A DNA stretch of 64,000 nt. Source: Azolla caroliniana (taxonomy: Eukaryota > Plantae > Polypodiophyta). Shown here piece by piece: positions 62,019 through 64,000 of this stretch (position 1 is the first letter of the stretch; every line of letters begins with the position of its first letter). Made by a program: the position numbers and the translations under genes. The stretch covers positions 5,580,001 to 5,644,000 of the forward strand of contig JBHGNT010000010.1 of NCBI GenBank assembly GCA_043228905.1, written 5' to 3'. The notes below the pieces were generated by a model. That model worked only from the letters and a program-made list of their open reading frames with translations, had not been told where the DNA came from and ran no database searches.

Positions 62019-63147
62019 TTTCTGCAACAGTCGCTCTGATACCAGTTTGTTGAGAATCAACGCTTGGATTCACCTTCACCGCTCGGCCACAACCGATTAA
62101 TCGCGAATCAATGCAGCAGAAAATAGGAAATACAGAGAAAGACGCGATACACAGGGGATTAACGTGGAAAACCCTATACGGGAAAAACCACGGGAGTGCG
62201 AGACTCCAAACCAAACTATGCACAGAGAAATATACAATGGCAAGCTGCAAGGCAACGACCTTGAGCTCGCCGTCCTCGCCACAGGCGGCGGAAATACACA
62301 GAGGCGTCTACCTCTTCGTCTCTCTTCCGCTCTATCTCTCTCTCTCTCTCTCGGCTGCTCCCTCTTCACTCCTCTTGAGTGGAAAATCAGGAAAAATAAT
62401 CAGCAACCACATAAACTGTTTGCCCTAAGTCATATTTATACACATATGACTTTCGGGCTATTTACAAATTTAGCCTCAAGGGCTCTTAGCAAAACATATT
62501 CACAAATATGTCCCCGCATCCGGATCTCTCTCCGGGTACATTCAGCATCTGGCTCCGTAACCGGGGTCTTCATCATCCGGCTCCGTAACCGGGGTCTTCA
62601 TCATCCGGCTCCGTAACCGGGGTCTTCATCATCCGGCTCCGTAACCGGGGTCTTCAGCATCCGGCTCCGTAACCGGGGTCTTCATCATCCGGCTCCGTAA
62701 CCGGAGTCTTCATCATCCGGCTCCGTAACCGGGGTCTTCATCATTTATCTCCGGGGACATCCCATCCGGAGGGACCGAAATCCCAACAGGGCTTGCCCAT
62801 GCACCTCTCCTTTTCACAAACACGTTCGAATACGTGTGCCATGATTGTGCAAGACTTCCTTGTGTTGTGCGTGTGAGCCCTATTTCCTTCCCGTCCATAA
62901 CCCTGGCGGTTCACCTCACGATCCGCACATAGTGGCGGATTTTCATGACAGCGTGGCCGAGAGGAAGAATCGGATGATAGAAGAGGCGGCAAGGGCGATG
63001 CTTGAAGAGAAGCATTTGCTGAAGTTCTATTGGGCTGAAGCGGTTAGAACAGCCATCTACCTTCAGAATCGGGCATCTGCCAATGGAGGAGTGTACTTCA
63101 AGAAGAAGCCGAACTTGGCACACTTGACGGTCTTCGGTAGCATCACG

Positions 63148-64000
63148 TGAAGAGAAACACGCGGAATATTGCTCGGCCACAACCGAGTCTTGAATCCCTT
63201 CTCTGAGAATGAAACACAGAAATGGGAAGTGGGGAGTACACAAAAGGAAATACAGATGATGTTTACATGGAAAACCCTAAGTGGGAAAAACCACGGGCTC
63301 CAACTATCACTATAGGAGAAAGGTACAATCGAAGCCTTGGAGGCAACGACCTCGAGATCTATATCTTCGCCAACTGGCGGTTACAACAAAGTATCACTCT
63401 ATATCTCACACTCACTCTCTCTCTATACAACAATATAACAACTCCTACAACATAATAAAGTGGTTGCCCTATGTCATATTTATACTTATATGAACTTAGG
63501 ACTATTTACAAATATAGCCTCAATAAGCTTACTGAAAACATATTTACAGATATGTCTCTCTTCTGGTTCTCACCGGCTCTCCTCCGGTTTCCGGATCTCT
63601 TCCGGTTCTCACCGAGTCCTCTTCATTCATCACTGGATTCCATCCGGAGGGACCGATTTCCCAACAATCTCCCTATTCACTCCAGCATGGGATGTCTTGT
63701 TAGCCCGATCTGCTTTCGACACGCATCCAACTTGTCGGTTGTCAGCACCTTGGTCAACATGTCCGACCCGTTCTCCTCCGTGTGAATCTTCGTCAGCACG
63801 AACTCTTGATCTTCTACTCTCTCCCGGATTCAGTGGTACCTCCGCTAAATATGTTTTGTCCGGAAATGGTAGGCCGCGTTCTTTTCAAGGTGGATGACAC
63901 TTTGACTATCGCAGTAGAGCCGGTATTCCTCCTATTGGATCCCTACCTCTCCAATGAAGTCCTTCATCCAGATTATCGCCTTGCCGACTTCTACAACTGC
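63148..64000 (-). mobile_element. 3' LTR (63148-63666), PPT and RNase H end of a second Tork-like copia; continues beyond the window
   Basis: LTR ends catccggagggaccgatttcccaaca, like 57934. 63680-64000 parallels 57945-58270 with substitutions. Confidence 0.88.

Larger units (their letters stand above)
57194..62788 (-). mobile_element. Intact, very young Ty1/copia (Tnt1/Tork-like) LTR retrotransposon
   Basis: 741-bp LTRs at 62048-62788 and 57194-57934, with two mismatches seen by eye. TSD GGGCT; PBS tggtatcagagc; PPT agggggagtt; uninterrupted ORF. Confidence 0.97.
55630..62950 (+). mobile_element. Long solo LTR (~1.7 kb of its own sequence) with an internal tandem array, hosting the intact copia
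   Basis: Termini TGTCGTGA...TCATGACA; flanks acgt/gcgt; TATA ctataaata at ~56068; no coding sequence of its own. Confidence 0.8.
53995..63147 (+). mobile_element. Decayed copia gag-PR-integrase (53995-55629, resuming at 62951-63147), same family as 1-2962
   Basis: TARKLQLRQEL; WYVDSGASNHM; KGQKVESDIDLWHK nearly identical to positions 100-140. The integrase motif PQQN(G)V|AERKNR is split by the insertion. Confidence 0.88.

Overview
This is land-plant nuclear DNA. A large-genome non-seed plant such as a fern is my inference from the TE families and long introns. Two intact, convergent, intron-containing host genes sit in the middle: an SP1-like/SPL2-type GIDE+RING E3 ligase (+, 24440-31819, 6 exons, ~408 aa) and a GBF-interacting protein 1-like (DUF1296) gene (-, 46075-39790, 10 exons, ~833 aa). 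Most of the rest is nested transposable elements: four decayed copies of one Ty1/copia family, one very young intact Tnt1/Tork-like copia (57194-62788) and part of a relative, several Ty3/gypsy elements and solo LTRs, L1/Tx1-like and other LINEs, and two hAT-type non-autonomous elements with 8-bp TSDs. The most interesting signals are: (1) a candidate -1 frameshift cassette downstream of the protease in an unusual gypsy element; (2) LTRs with 4-bp CpG-centred target sites; (3) a copia LTR carrying two convergent tRNA-like cassettes; (4) LINE copies bounded by (CT)n tracts; (5) a perfect 56-bp intronic palindrome. I found no CRISPR array, rRNA or intact tRNA gene. All calls were made by eye without database searches.
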